64,000 nucleotides of DNA. Source: Candidatus Woesearchaeota archaeon (GTDB lineage Archaea; Nanobdellota; Nanobdellia; Pacearchaeales; GW2011-AR1). The stretch is from assembly GCA_964482075.1 (NCBI GenBank), contig CAYZVU010000001.1, positions 343 to 64,342 of the forward strand, in the 5' to 3' direction. The notes under the pieces were generated by a model. It ran no database searches, had not been told where the DNA came from, and saw only the letters and a list, made by a program, of their open reading frames with translations. Numbering within the stretch: position 1 is the first letter of the stretch; the number at the start of each line of letters is the position of its first letter. Below, piece by piece: positions 28,469 through 37,930 of this stretch. A program made the position numbers and the translations under genes.

Positions 28469-30664
28469 CTAAATTAGATTCCCGAGCACAACTGTTGTTA
28501 AAAAGAATAATGCTACAATAGCTAGGAATGCGGTTACAAAATATAATAAAATTCCTCTCTTAAGATATTTTGCTTTTTTATTTAATTCTTCTAATTTGTC
28601 TTCTCCAGAATCAATTGTTACTAAAGCACTTGTTAAAATAAAGATTATCTGAATTATATAAACTCCTATTGCAATTTGCAAATAGTACGGTGGGATCATT
28701 TTTGTTAAGTCAAATATATTTAATATTGCATCTAAATTTCCAGCGCCTGCTCCTCCGCCCATTGCAAATGCTTCAGACATTTTATTTAAAATTGCTGTAA
28801 TCATCCCAGCCAAACCAACAACAATTCCTGAAAGTAATGGTGCTAAAAAAGTCATGTTTGATTTCATGTCTGATATTATTTCTGCAAGCATATCCCTAAG
28901 ACGAGTTGTTATTTTTTGTATATTTTTTACATATTCTGAAATACTCATTAAGCTTATTGCTGAAATTTTTAAACCTTTTTTTGAAGAATCTATAAGAACC
29001 CTCATGCTTGTTGCGATTAATTCTGAAGGATAATTCACAATTGCCCCACGGCGAGGATGGAATATTGCTTTTTCCACACTCATCCCTAATTGTTTTATAT
29101 TATAATCAACTTTTCTAAAAAAATCCCCTGTTCTTAAGCCCATGGAAGATTTTGCAATTTTTCCAAAAACAAGTTCTGGAGGGACTCCGTTTCCTAATCT
29201 GTTTCCTAATTGAAATAATGAATTATTAAATTCTTGTTCTAACTGTTTTGTTTTCGTTCTCTCTTTAATTAAATCTCTTGTTCGCGCACCATAGGAAATC
29301 CAAAAAAAGAGGGCTATCCCGAAGGGGATAAATAAACTCATCAATAAAGCCCCAAACCCAAAAGGCCCTATCATTGTAAGATTCCCATCACTATTAGTAA
29401 TTTCTTTAAAATCAAGCATCTTTTCCGCATTCCCATTTATCATAATTGAAAAATCATCTTGAATGCCAACCCAATTATTTATGGGGGTATATTGAAAAAT
29501 TAATGGGAGTAATCCAATTAAAAGAAATGGCAAGCAAATTAAAAATGCCTTTAAATAAATAGATTTATCTTTGAATTTTGGATAAAGAGGATTTTTTTCT
29601 AAAAGATTTGATTCCCCATGCCCACCAGGTCTTAAAAGCAATATTTTATCTGTTAAATAAAAAACCATGAAAGGTACAATTAAATTGAAAATTATAATCA
29701 CATGATACCATTTTAGATAATCCCCAATCATTGCTGAAGCAAGAGGCAATAGGGCTAACCCAAGTGTTGGAAGAACGACCCCCAACATATAAACATTTGT
29801 TAAAGGACTTCTTACATTGTGTGTAAATTTTAGCATCTTATCATAAACCCCGTCGAGAATTACTTGAAGAGATTTTTCTAAGGTTAAAATTCTTCTTGCA
29901 TTATCTGGCTCAAATAAACTAGATTCAATTAAATGAAACGCCTCAACAAATTCAATAGAATAATCTTTCCACTGAAAAAGATAATTATCTAAACTTTCTT
30001 TTATTGTAGAAAACTTTCCGATTTGGACATTATAAAAAACTTTTTTAAAATCTAGGGAAAGGGGATATTGTAAATGCTCTGCTGCAAAAGAAATTGCTCT
30101 TTCTAAATTTGGTGTGTGCCTCATATAAACTACGATGTATAAAATTGCCGGAACCATTTGTGAAGATGCCTTTAATCTCCATTTATTTGCTAGTCTTTCT
30201 GGATAGCCATTAACAAAATAAAATAAAAAGATAGATACAACTGCAATTAAAATAAAAAAAATCATTGGGAAATTTGCTAAGAATTCTACAACAAAATTTG
30301 AAGAGGATCTTGATTTTATTAATGCATATGCTACTGAACTTAAAAGGCCGAATAAAAAAACAGAAATAAAAGCCATAACCCCTAATCCTAATGCTTGCCA
30401 TGGCTCAACATCTAAGTGGGCAATTTCCAAATGTTTCTTTATTTTTTCCTCGTCTTTTTTTGAAGGCTTTATCTTGATTATATTTCCTAGGCTAGTGCAC
30501 CATCTTTCATATTTTGATAAATCTGGCGCCATTTCATTCTTGAATTTGGCATATTCTCGACTATAATTTACATTGTTGAGGGATGTAGTTTTTATTTGGC
30601 CTTCAATTCTAGAACTATGTTTTGCGAGGATATCTTCTACAGTTGGCTTTTTAGGAGATTTCAT
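28469..30664 (-). CDS. Type IV pilus/archaellum assembly platform membrane protein (TadC/FlaJ/GspF-like)
   Basis: 731-aa polytopic membrane protein with two large cytoplasmic domains, lying directly next to the secretion ATPase. The assignment is by architecture and context, not by a sharp motif. Confidence 0.55.
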   Translation of the reverse strand: MKSPKKPTVEDILAKHSSRIEGQIKTTSLNNVNYSREYAKFKNEMAPDLSKYERWCTSLGNIIKIKPSKKDEEKIKKHLEIAHLDVEPWQALGLGVMAFISVFLFGLLSSVAYALIKSRSSSNFVVEFLANFPMIFFILIAVVSIFLFYFVNGYPERLANKWRLKASSQMVPAILYIVVYMRHTPNLERAISFAAEHLQYPLSLDFKKVFYNVQIGKFSTIKESLDNYLFQWKDYSIEFVEAFHLIESSLFEPDNARRILTLEKSLQVILDGVYDKMLKFTHNVRSPLTNVYMLGVVLPTLGLALLPLASAMIGDYLKWYHVIIIFNLIVPFMVFYLTDKILLLRPGGHGESNLLEKNPLYPKFKDKSIYLKAFLICLPFLLIGLLPLIFQYTPINNWVGIQDDFSIMINGNAEKMLDFKEITNSDGNLTMIGPFGFGALLMSLFIPFGIALFFWISYGARTRDLIKERTKTKQLEQEFNNSLFQLGNRLGNGVPPELVFGKIAKSSMGLRTGDFFRKVDYNIKQLGMSVEKAIFHPRRGAIVNYPSELIATSMRVLIDSSKKGLKISAISLMSISEYVKNIQKITTRLRDMLAEIISDMKSNMTFLAPLLSGIVVGLAGMITAILNKMSEAFAMGGGAGAGNLDAILNIFDLTKMIPPYYLQIAIGVYIIQIIFILTSALVTIDSGEDKLEELNKKAKYLKRGILLYFVTAFLAIVALFFLTTVVLGNLI

Positions 30665-30720
30665 TTTATCACTTCTTTTAATAAATAAAATAAGGAGAAA
30701 TGATTAATAAATGTTTGGAG

Positions 30721-31425
30721 TTATTTTTTTATCGCATAAAAAACACCATAATTAAGGTATTCCCAAGTCTGACTAACTTTTTTAAATCCTGCTTCTTTTA
30801 ACCAAATTAATTGATTTTCTATTGTCTCAGGGATATCTTCTTCAAGATAATTATCAAACCAAAAATTTCCTTCTTCTTCGCCCAATTCTTGAATTAAAAA
30901 CTTTTTCCATTCCTCTTCTTTTTCTTTTGTCTCCTTCTCGGAATCAAATTTAATTATATCCCCCACAATTAAAATTCCTCCTTTATTTAGGAGATTAAAT
31001 AAAGTCCGATAAAATTTTTGTTTTTCTTCATAAGTTAAATGATGTATACTTAAAACCGCAACGATTAAATCATATTTATTTTCAAATTTAATCTTTTTCA
31101 TATCTTTATTATAGAACATAACTCTGTTAAGATAATTCCTTAACCTTCTTCTCCCCTTTTTGATCATATCTTCGGAAATATCAACCCCCTCTATTGTGGA
31201 ATTAGAAAAAATTTTTAATATTTCTAATGCTGTCTGCCCCGATCCAATACCCAAATCAAGAACATTTATTTTCTTATCTTTTGGGAAGGGAATTAATTTT
31301 ATTATTTTATCATGCATTTGTTCATATTTGGGAATTAGCTTTCTAATTAAATCATCATATTCCCAATTCTTATGGTATCTATTTGTGAAATGCTCTTTAA
31401 CTAATTCAGAATGATCTGATTTCAT
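30721..31425 (-). CDS. Class I SAM-dependent methyltransferase
   Basis: Motif I VLDLGIGSGQTALEI, post-I acidic residue (EGVDISEDM) and motif II/III (DLIVAVLSIHHL...LLNKGGILIV). Its 3' end is in the pilus operon and its start overlaps the ATPase stop by 4 nt. Confidence 0.75.
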   Translation of the reverse strand: MKSDHSELVKEHFTNRYHKNWEYDDLIRKLIPKYEQMHDKIIKLIPFPKDKKINVLDLGIGSGQTALEILKIFSNSTIEGVDISEDMIKKGRRRLRNYLNRVMFYNKDMKKIKFENKYDLIVAVLSIHHLTYEEKQKFYRTLFNLLNKGGILIVGDIIKFDSEKETKEKEEEWKKFLIQELGEEEGNFWFDNYLEEDIPETIENQLIWLKEAGFKKVSQTWEYLNYGVFYAIKK

Positions 31426-33716
31426 TTAATCCTCTTCGCGACTTCTTCATCTAGCCATTTTTTCCATTCTGGAAAAACATATTCGCTTAAAGGTAATCCT
31501 TTTTCTTGAATTATTTTATCTGAAAATTTATGGAACATGCTATTTGAAAGATTATTAAATTTAGATTCTAGTAAATCATGGATTTTTGTTTGTTCAGAAA
31601 CTTGAACAATTTCTGTTTTCATTTTTGCTCTTAGTAAAATATTATCCCAAACAGCGTCCCAATTTCCAGCCCAACCTTTTACATTAGAGGCTATTCCTTT
31701 TATTATTTCAGAATCTCCGTTGATTAAATCATCTGTTGCTTCTAGCTCATCTTTTTCTACATTATATCTCATTAAATCTACAAAACCCCCTTCAAGTAAA
31801 GGATCTTTTTGCCAGTGTTTTCTTATCTCTGAAATTTGTACAACTCTTTTCCAAGAGCGCATTCCATCTGCAGATTTTATTGGGTTACAAACCACAATTA
31901 TATCTGTTGCTTTGAAACTTGTAGCAGGAACCCCCAAATCATTTACAACTCTATCAAAAACTCCGTAAGGTGATGCTCCATGAATTGTTCCAGCCACAAC
32001 ATTTGCCAAGGCTCCAACACGCATTGCTTCGTAAAGTGCCTTTGCCTCTGAGCTTCTAACTTCACCAATTATTAAAGAGCTATCTCCCAATCTCAAACTT
32101 GTTCTAATTCCATCTTCTGCAGAAACTTCTGCTGTTGATTTTAACATTGAAGAACGAACTTTCATTCGGATAATATCATATTTTAATTTTCTTAAAGATT
32201 CTACAGGTAATTCTAAAGTATCTTCAATTACAATTATTCTAAATTTGGGGAGAATCTCTAAGAGTAAACTTCCAAGTAAAGAAGTTTTCCCAGAAGATCT
32301 TGTTCCTGCAACTAATAATGTTCTTGAACCGTCTATTAAAAAACTTAATAGTCCTGCTGCCAAAGGATTGAGCATTTTATTTTGGATAAATAATGGAAGA
32401 GTCCAAGGTGCCTCCCGATGTCTTCTAATTGAATAGGCCATTCCGTCTGGAGAAAGTGGTCTTTGGATTATAGCAATTCTCGCCCTTATCTTTCCTATTT
32501 CTAATTGAGTATCTAAAATTGGGTTTGCTTCATCCAATGGTCTTCCAGAAATCATTCTAAATTTAGCTGCCCATGAGTCTACATCTTCTTGACTTGGTAA
32601 AATATTTGTTGAACATTCATCATAATCTTGATGTCTTAAAAAAATATTTGTTAAGGGTATTGGTGCATTTAGAGAAATATCATGAAGCCTTTTGTCTTGT
32701 AATAAAACTTCTATCAACCCAAATCCAATAGTATTTCTCACAAGAATAGTTGATAATTGATTTAAATCAGAATAATTTAATTTTATACTTTTTGCTTGTG
32801 CTAAATCTTGTAGTAAATCTTTTGCAATATTAAAGAAGACTTGCCTCGTCCTATCTGTATCTGTGAACTCTTCTGCTTTAGGCTGATGTTCAATTAAAAC
32901 TCCTCTTGCGAGATTTAAAAGAATATTTTGATCTTCATTTAATGAATTTTCTGGGGGGACTAAATGATAAATTAATTTTGCCTCTTCTTTCATTCTTAAA
33001 ATAGTCACGAGAGATTCATCATATTTACTTCCTGAAATTTTATATTGATCCACAATTTCAGCTTCAGTTGGTAAATCCTGAACAAGACGTGTGAATGTAA
33101 AATTGGGGATTACATCTGGCTTAAATATTTTTTTATAAATTTCTCTTTCTCCTTTTCTATAATGTTCTGTATATTGAGAAATTGTTTGGATTATTTTTGT
33201 TTCGTCTAAAATATCAAAAATTCTTTCTAGAAGATTTATGTAACTTGATTGATCTGTTCTAAACATTTCTTCAATATGATCTAAATTAATTCTCGCCTTG
33301 ATTAATATTTTTTTTAATTCATAATGTGCAGATAAGGGGTCTTGTTTTAATAAAAATAAAAAAGTAAAAAGATCATTATATCTTTGGGAAAAGAATTGTT
33401 GATAATTTTGATCTGATATTAATTTTTCAGGGGATAGAATCTTTTCTTGTTTGATTAAATAAATATACAATTGAGCAATTTCTAGCAAAAAGGATGTTTC
33501 TTTAAAATCATAGTTATAATTTTTTTGTTGAACAAATACTACTCTTGAAGCATTTGGATTTTCAATTAAAGCGTCGACTGTTTTTCCCATTATTTCTGGG
33601 GACTCTGCTAAATTTGGCACAAAAGGAGCTCCGAGATAATTAATATAAAGTACATCTTCTCCGCTTTCTCTTTCTATCTGGTAAGAATATAATGGCGCCT
33701 CTTTTTCAAATTGCAT
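31422..33716 (-). CDS. Type IV pilus/archaellum secretion ATPase (FlaI/PilB/GspE family) with ~450-aa N-terminal extension
   Basis: Walker A LLVAGTRSSGKTSLL and Walker B FRIIVIEDTLEL, plus a His box in the C-terminal ~300 aa. The N-terminal ~450 aa is unassigned. Confidence 0.8.
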   Translation of the reverse strand: MQFEKEAPLYSYQIERESGEDVLYINYLGAPFVPNLAESPEIMGKTVDALIENPNASRVVFVQQKNYNYDFKETSFLLEIAQLYIYLIKQEKILSPEKLISDQNYQQFFSQRYNDLFTFLFLLKQDPLSAHYELKKILIKARINLDHIEEMFRTDQSSYINLLERIFDILDETKIIQTISQYTEHYRKGEREIYKKIFKPDVIPNFTFTRLVQDLPTEAEIVDQYKISGSKYDESLVTILRMKEEAKLIYHLVPPENSLNEDQNILLNLARGVLIEHQPKAEEFTDTDRTRQVFFNIAKDLLQDLAQAKSIKLNYSDLNQLSTILVRNTIGFGLIEVLLQDKRLHDISLNAPIPLTNIFLRHQDYDECSTNILPSQEDVDSWAAKFRMISGRPLDEANPILDTQLEIGKIRARIAIIQRPLSPDGMAYSIRRHREAPWTLPLFIQNKMLNPLAAGLLSFLIDGSRTLLVAGTRSSGKTSLLGSLLLEILPKFRIIVIEDTLELPVESLRKLKYDIIRMKVRSSMLKSTAEVSAEDGIRTSLRLGDSSLIIGEVRSSEAKALYEAMRVGALANVVAGTIHGASPYGVFDRVVNDLGVPATSFKATDIIVVCNPIKSADGMRSWKRVVQISEIRKHWQKDPLLEGGFVDLMRYNVEKDELEATDDLINGDSEIIKGIASNVKGWAGNWDAVWDNILLRAKMKTEIVQVSEQTKIHDLLESKFNNLSNSMFHKFSDKIIQEKGLPLSEYVFPEWKKWLDEEVAKRIK

Positions 33717-33770
33717 GATTAAAATAAGAATAGAAAGTTTAAAATGTTTTGTATAGAAAAGTATTTCTTT

Positions 33771-34661
33771 TTATTCTAATTTTTGTTTTAGCTTCCTTGT
33801 TTTTGAATAATGGAAAATCCCAAACAAACACAAAATGAATAAAATTCCTCCAATATAACTTGAAGAATTCTTAGAAAGGTTTCCTACGGCATTTCCAGTT
33901 ATGTTAGTTGAGAGAAAAAATATTGCTAGGATGAATGCTCCCACAATCGCCAAGACTGGGCTTATTTTAGAAATTAATCTCCTCTCAGAAAAGTTATTCT
34001 CTCTCAAAAAACTTTCGAGAGTTCCCTCAAGCCTCTCAACGTCCTCCTTTCTCCCCTCCCGAGAAGAATCTTTTATTGCTTGCCTATACAAATTAGGAAT
34101 CTTATCTGTCCTGTCTTCTACCCCAAGCCCTCCTGCCCTTACTGCTTCGACTTCTTCTCTAATTGCTCTTATAGCTTCTTCATATACTTCTGGCGCCCGC
34201 GGATCATGTTTTTTACTTAAATGCCCTGCCCAATAAATTTTTGGGAGACTGTTTTTGGGATTTAAATTTTGGAGAGCATTATGGCCTTTTGCAAATTTAG
34301 AAAATTCATATTCATTTTTTTCTAAAATAGTCCCATCAACATCAACTCCACCCACAACATCTCCTTGCTCATCTAAGAGGTCCCCCTCATAATTAAATCC
34401 CAAAGGTCCTAAAGGAGTTTTATAGTTATGAATAAATCCTTCCCTATTAGAAATCTCTGCGGGCCTAAAATTTCCATCTTTGAGACTTCCATGGATATAC
34501 TTGCCCCTTGATGCTTCTCCTAATGCTTGGGGGTCAGAATTATTATCGAGTTCTGCTCGGATTTGTTTATCAGAATCATAAGGAATAAAAAATCCTCCCT
34601 TGTAAACACCCATTTCAATATCACTATGTCTTGAATCCTTCGAACTTACTTTTCTCGCCAT
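33771..34661 (-). CDS. Hypothetical protein with C-terminal TM anchors
   Basis: Soluble N-terminal domain followed by two C-terminal TM helices; no motif recognised. Confidence 0.4.
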   Translation of the reverse strand: MARKVSSKDSRHSDIEMGVYKGGFFIPYDSDKQIRAELDNNSDPQALGEASRGKYIHGSLKDGNFRPAEISNREGFIHNYKTPLGPLGFNYEGDLLDEQGDVVGGVDVDGTILEKNEYEFSKFAKGHNALQNLNPKNSLPKIYWAGHLSKKHDPRAPEVYEEAIRAIREEVEAVRAGGLGVEDRTDKIPNLYRQAIKDSSREGRKEDVERLEGTLESFLRENNFSERRLISKISPVLAIVGAFILAIFFLSTNITGNAVGNLSKNSSSYIGGILFILCLFGIFHYSKTRKLKQKLE

Positions 34662-34762
34662 AATAATAAAATAACTTTCTCCTTTTTAATTATTTCTATA
34701 TTTATCAATTTCATTAATTCATAAATCAAAACAAATTTAAACTAATTAAACTTTAATTTTCC

Positions 34763-35101
34763 ATGGAAGAAAACGAAGGTGATTACTCTTACCAAGATTT
34801 TGGCGGTGCGAATACTAAGATAAGAGACTTGGAAGAGAAACAAAATATTATGAAAGACCGATTACTTTTAATAGGACGAAATCTTATTGAAACTAGAGAA
34901 GAATTAAATGGAAAAATTTTGGAAATAAAAAAAGATATTGAAATTCTTAAACAGGTTATGGAGAGGACAAAATCTTTTTTAGAGGCTGCCTCATCAGAAT
35001 TTTCAAAATTTGCAAAAAAAGAGGATTTGGAAATTTTAACAAAACAGGCAAAAATGTTTCAGCCATTAGAATTTGTTAGAAAATCTGAATTAAAAAATTA
35101 A
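34763..35101 (+). CDS. Hypothetical coiled-coil protein (112 aa)
   Basis: Heptad-rich sequence (KIRDLEEKQNIMKDRLLLIGRNLIETREELNGKILEIKKDIEILKQVME). Confidence 0.4.
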   Translation: MEENEGDYSYQDFGGANTKIRDLEEKQNIMKDRLLLIGRNLIETREELNGKILEIKKDIEILKQVMERTKSFLEAASSEFSKFAKKEDLEILTKQAKMFQPLEFVRKSELKN

Positions 35102-35107
35102 AATACA

Positions 35108-35734
35108 ATGGCTTTAATAGAACAAGTTACTCAAATGAAAAATCAAGGAATGGACGAAAGCCAGATTTCTGAAAATTTACAACAACAAGGATTTGCCCCA
35201 AGGGAAGTTCAAGATGCATTAGGACAATCTCAAGTTAAGAATGCTGTAATGGGAAATGAGCCACAAGAGGCCCAAAGTGTACCTCAAGAAAGCTATTCCC
35301 CCCAACAAGAACAATATGCTCCGCAAGAAAATTATTCTCAAGAAGGATATGCCCCTCAAGCAGGTGGGTATCCCGAAGCTGAGGGCTATGGAAATTATCC
35401 TGCTGTGCAGACCGGAGGAACAGATAATATGATTGAAATTTCAGAACAAGTTTTTTCTGAAAAAATTAAAAAAGTAGATAAAAATATTCATGACTTAGTT
35501 GAATTTAAAACACTTGCTGGAACAAAAATTGATTTATTTGAAGATAGAATTAAAAGAATAGAAGCTATGATTGATAATTTACAAATTAAAGTTTTGGAAA
35601 AAATAGGTTCTTATGGGAAAGAATTGGCAAAAACAAAAAAAGAAGTTGCAATGGTAGAAGATAGTTTTGGGAAAATGGTTAATAGAATAGCAGACAAACC
35701 ATTGAGAAAAAAAGTTCATAAAAAGAGAAAATAA
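35108..35734 (+). CDS. Hypothetical protein with Q/P/Y-rich low-complexity region and coiled-coil C-terminus
   Basis: Repetitive (Q/E)xY(S/A)PQ units in the middle, a C-terminal coiled coil and a basic tail. Confidence 0.4.
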   Translation: MALIEQVTQMKNQGMDESQISENLQQQGFAPREVQDALGQSQVKNAVMGNEPQEAQSVPQESYSPQQEQYAPQENYSQEGYAPQAGGYPEAEGYGNYPAVQTGGTDNMIEISEQVFSEKIKKVDKNIHDLVEFKTLAGTKIDLFEDRIKRIEAMIDNLQIKVLEKIGSYGKELAKTKKEVAMVEDSFGKMVNRIADKPLRKKVHKKRK

Positions 35735-35772
35735 AATTTTTATAAAAAAATAATTAATTCTTAATTAAAAAA

Positions 35773-36363
35773 TTATGCTGGTTTTGCAGGAGATGTAGCA
35801 CTTAATGCCTGAGAAAGAAGGGTATTCGTATTCTCCTCAGTAGATTTTGTTGCACTTCCTACAACTACAAGCACCACAATTGCTAGAACAATTAAAGGGC
35901 CCCAACCCTGAGGAATAAAATCAAAGAATCCTCCACTAGTAAAATCAAAAATTCCTAATGAATTTAATGCAATAAAAACAACCATTGCCAAAGATCCCCA
36001 AAGGAAAATCTTGCTCACTACCTTATTTGCTGGCCCTACAAATAACCCCATTACAATTAAAATTAATAATATAATTGATATTACAATGCCCAATTGAGGG
36101 AAAAGTTTTTGGAAAAATATTGAGACCATCCCAAATTGAAGAGACATTAATGCTGTTGATAAAGCAATAATTGCATTTATCGCCTTACTTTTATCGTCTC
36201 CGAAAAGATTTACTTTGTTTAAAATTCCGTATATTAATGAAAAAATTAAAAGAAAAGGAAGAACATAACTAAAGACTCCCATTTGTTCCCACTGGGCTAA
36301 AATATTTCCAAATTCTCCACCATAAAAATTTGCTGAAGCGAGCATCATCCCTTTTAATAACAT
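35773..36363 (-). CDS. Integral membrane protein (paralog A)
   Basis: 5-6 TM helices; the N-terminal region VLPFLLIFSLIYGILNK..AINAII matches the next ORF. Confidence 0.5.
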   Translation of the reverse strand: MLLKGMMLASANFYGGEFGNILAQWEQMGVFSYVLPFLLIFSLIYGILNKVNLFGDDKSKAINAIIALSTALMSLQFGMVSIFFQKLFPQLGIVISIILLILIVMGLFVGPANKVVSKIFLWGSLAMVVFIALNSLGIFDFTSGGFFDFIPQGWGPLIVLAIVVLVVVGSATKSTEENTNTLLSQALSATSPAKPA

Positions 36364-36407
36364 ATTAATAATTAATTAAAGATGTTTATAAATATTGTGT
36401 TATAAAA

Positions 36408-36893
36408 TTATTTGCTCTTGAGAATAACCGCTAGCACAATTGCTATCATTGCCATAAATGAAAAATTAGTCCAGAAAGATGCACTCCAACTTTCTCTAAA
36501 TAAAAAATTAAAAACTGAATTTTCAACACCAGTTGCCCAAAGAACTGCAATTATAATAATCATGAACCCTACTATACCAACAACCCACTTAACTTTTCCA
36601 TCCAATATATCTGCATCTAATTTATTCCCTGAAACAAAACCCCAAAGCATCAAAGCCACAAAAACAATAACTAGAGATACTGTTAAGAATAAAATCATAT
36701 TACCCACAACATCTTTAGGATAAGCAACACCGACGAAAATTAGGCCAATTACAAAAGAAATAATTGCATTTACTTGTTGATTTTCTCCAAGAAGTTTTGT
36801 CTTGGCGAGGACTGCATAAACTAACACAAATATTAAAAGAAAAGGGAGTATAAACTTAGTTACTACCCAATGTTGTAAAATTGTTTCACTCAT
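36408..36893 (-). CDS. Integral membrane protein (paralog B)
   Basis: ILPFLLIFVLVYAVLAK...VNAII is shared with the upstream paralog; 4-5 TM helices. Confidence 0.5.
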   Translation of the reverse strand: MSETILQHWVVTKFILPFLLIFVLVYAVLAKTKLLGENQQVNAIISFVIGLIFVGVAYPKDVVGNMILFLTVSLVIVFVALMLWGFVSGNKLDADILDGKVKWVVGIVGFMIIIIAVLWATGVENSVFNFLFRESWSASFWTNFSFMAMIAIVLAVILKSK

Positions 36894-36911
36894 TTATTTT
36901 TCCTCTTTTTA

Positions 36912-37181
36912 TTATAAATCAAGCTGATCCAGATCTGACTCTGGATTTGGCAAAGCGCCCTTGCTTATTATAAAAACATCACTAATTGCCTTAACAAATT
37001 GGTGCGGGATAATTACTCCTCTTGCCCCAGATAAAAGAGATGCCATTGAACCATCAACTTTTATTCTCCATCCATCTATTTTATTCTCAGATAAATTTGC
37101 TTCTTCGATGCTCCCAAAAAAATCTCCACCATCTGTAAAAACTTTTGAACCAATTACTTCACTTATTTTTTTAATTCTCAT
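36912..37181 (-). CDS. PRC-barrel domain protein
   Basis: ~89 aa, with the PRC-barrel-like pattern (VIGSKVFTDGGDFFGSIEEANLSENKIDGWRIKV). Confidence 0.45.
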   Translation of the reverse strand: MRIKKISEVIGSKVFTDGGDFFGSIEEANLSENKIDGWRIKVDGSMASLLSGARGVIIPHQFVKAISDVFIISKGALPNPESDLDQLDL

Positions 37182-37229
37182 ATAGAAAAATATCTAAACT
37201 TATTTAAATACTTTTCCATTATCCAATAT

Positions 37230-37889
37230 ATGCTAAATAGAAGAGAGATTACAACTATATTAATTTCCTCATTAATATTAGGCTTTATAATAAGTTTAGT
37301 TGAAACATGGCAGATTTTTCTTTACAGCTTGCTCTTGATTTTTTTAGTTATTTTAGTAAATGTTTTTGCAAAAAAAGTTGCTGGTTTTTATCTTGAATCA
37401 GATATAGAAATTGGTTTGTGGGAAATTCGTAGAATGGGACTTTTCCATTTTTTTAATGTTTCCCCGAAGAAGACTCATCCTTCACAAGAATTGAAAAGAC
37501 CTTTCCCTGCAGGATTATTTTTTCCAATTGTTCTGAAAGTTATAACTCTTGGTTTTTTTAATTGGCTTGCTTGTTTAACTTTTGAAGTTAAGCCAAGAAT
37601 TTATCGAGCTGCAAAAAAGCATGGGTTGTATAAATATTCTGAAATGACTGAATGGCATATTGGATTGATTGCGGCGGCAGGTGTTTTTGCAAATCTTGTT
37701 TTTGCAATTATTGGATATTTTGTTGGATATGGAGATTTTGCAAGATTAAGTATTTATTTTGCGTTTTTTAGCATTATCCCTCTTTCTGATTTAGATGGGA
37801 ACAAGATCTTTTTTGGAAGTATAATTTTATGGAGCTTTTTGAGTGCATTAGTTTTAATTGGCCTAGGTTATGCTTTTTTTCTTATTTAG
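37230..37889 (+). CDS. Hypothetical polytopic membrane protein (S2P-like C-terminal LDG motif, no HExxH)
   Basis: 6 TM helices; IIPLSDLDGNKIFFGS resembles the M50 LDG motif, but no HExxH is present. Confidence 0.4.
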   Translation: MLNRREITTILISSLILGFIISLVETWQIFLYSLLLIFLVILVNVFAKKVAGFYLESDIEIGLWEIRRMGLFHFFNVSPKKTHPSQELKRPFPAGLFFPIVLKVITLGFFNWLACLTFEVKPRIYRAAKKHGLYKYSEMTEWHIGLIAAAGVFANLVFAIIGYFVGYGDFARLSIYFAFFSIIPLSDLDGNKIFFGSIILWSFLSALVLIGLGYAFFLI

Positions 37890-37930
37890 AGGTACTAAAT
37901 TAATATAAAGAGTTTACGTTTTTTCTCCTA

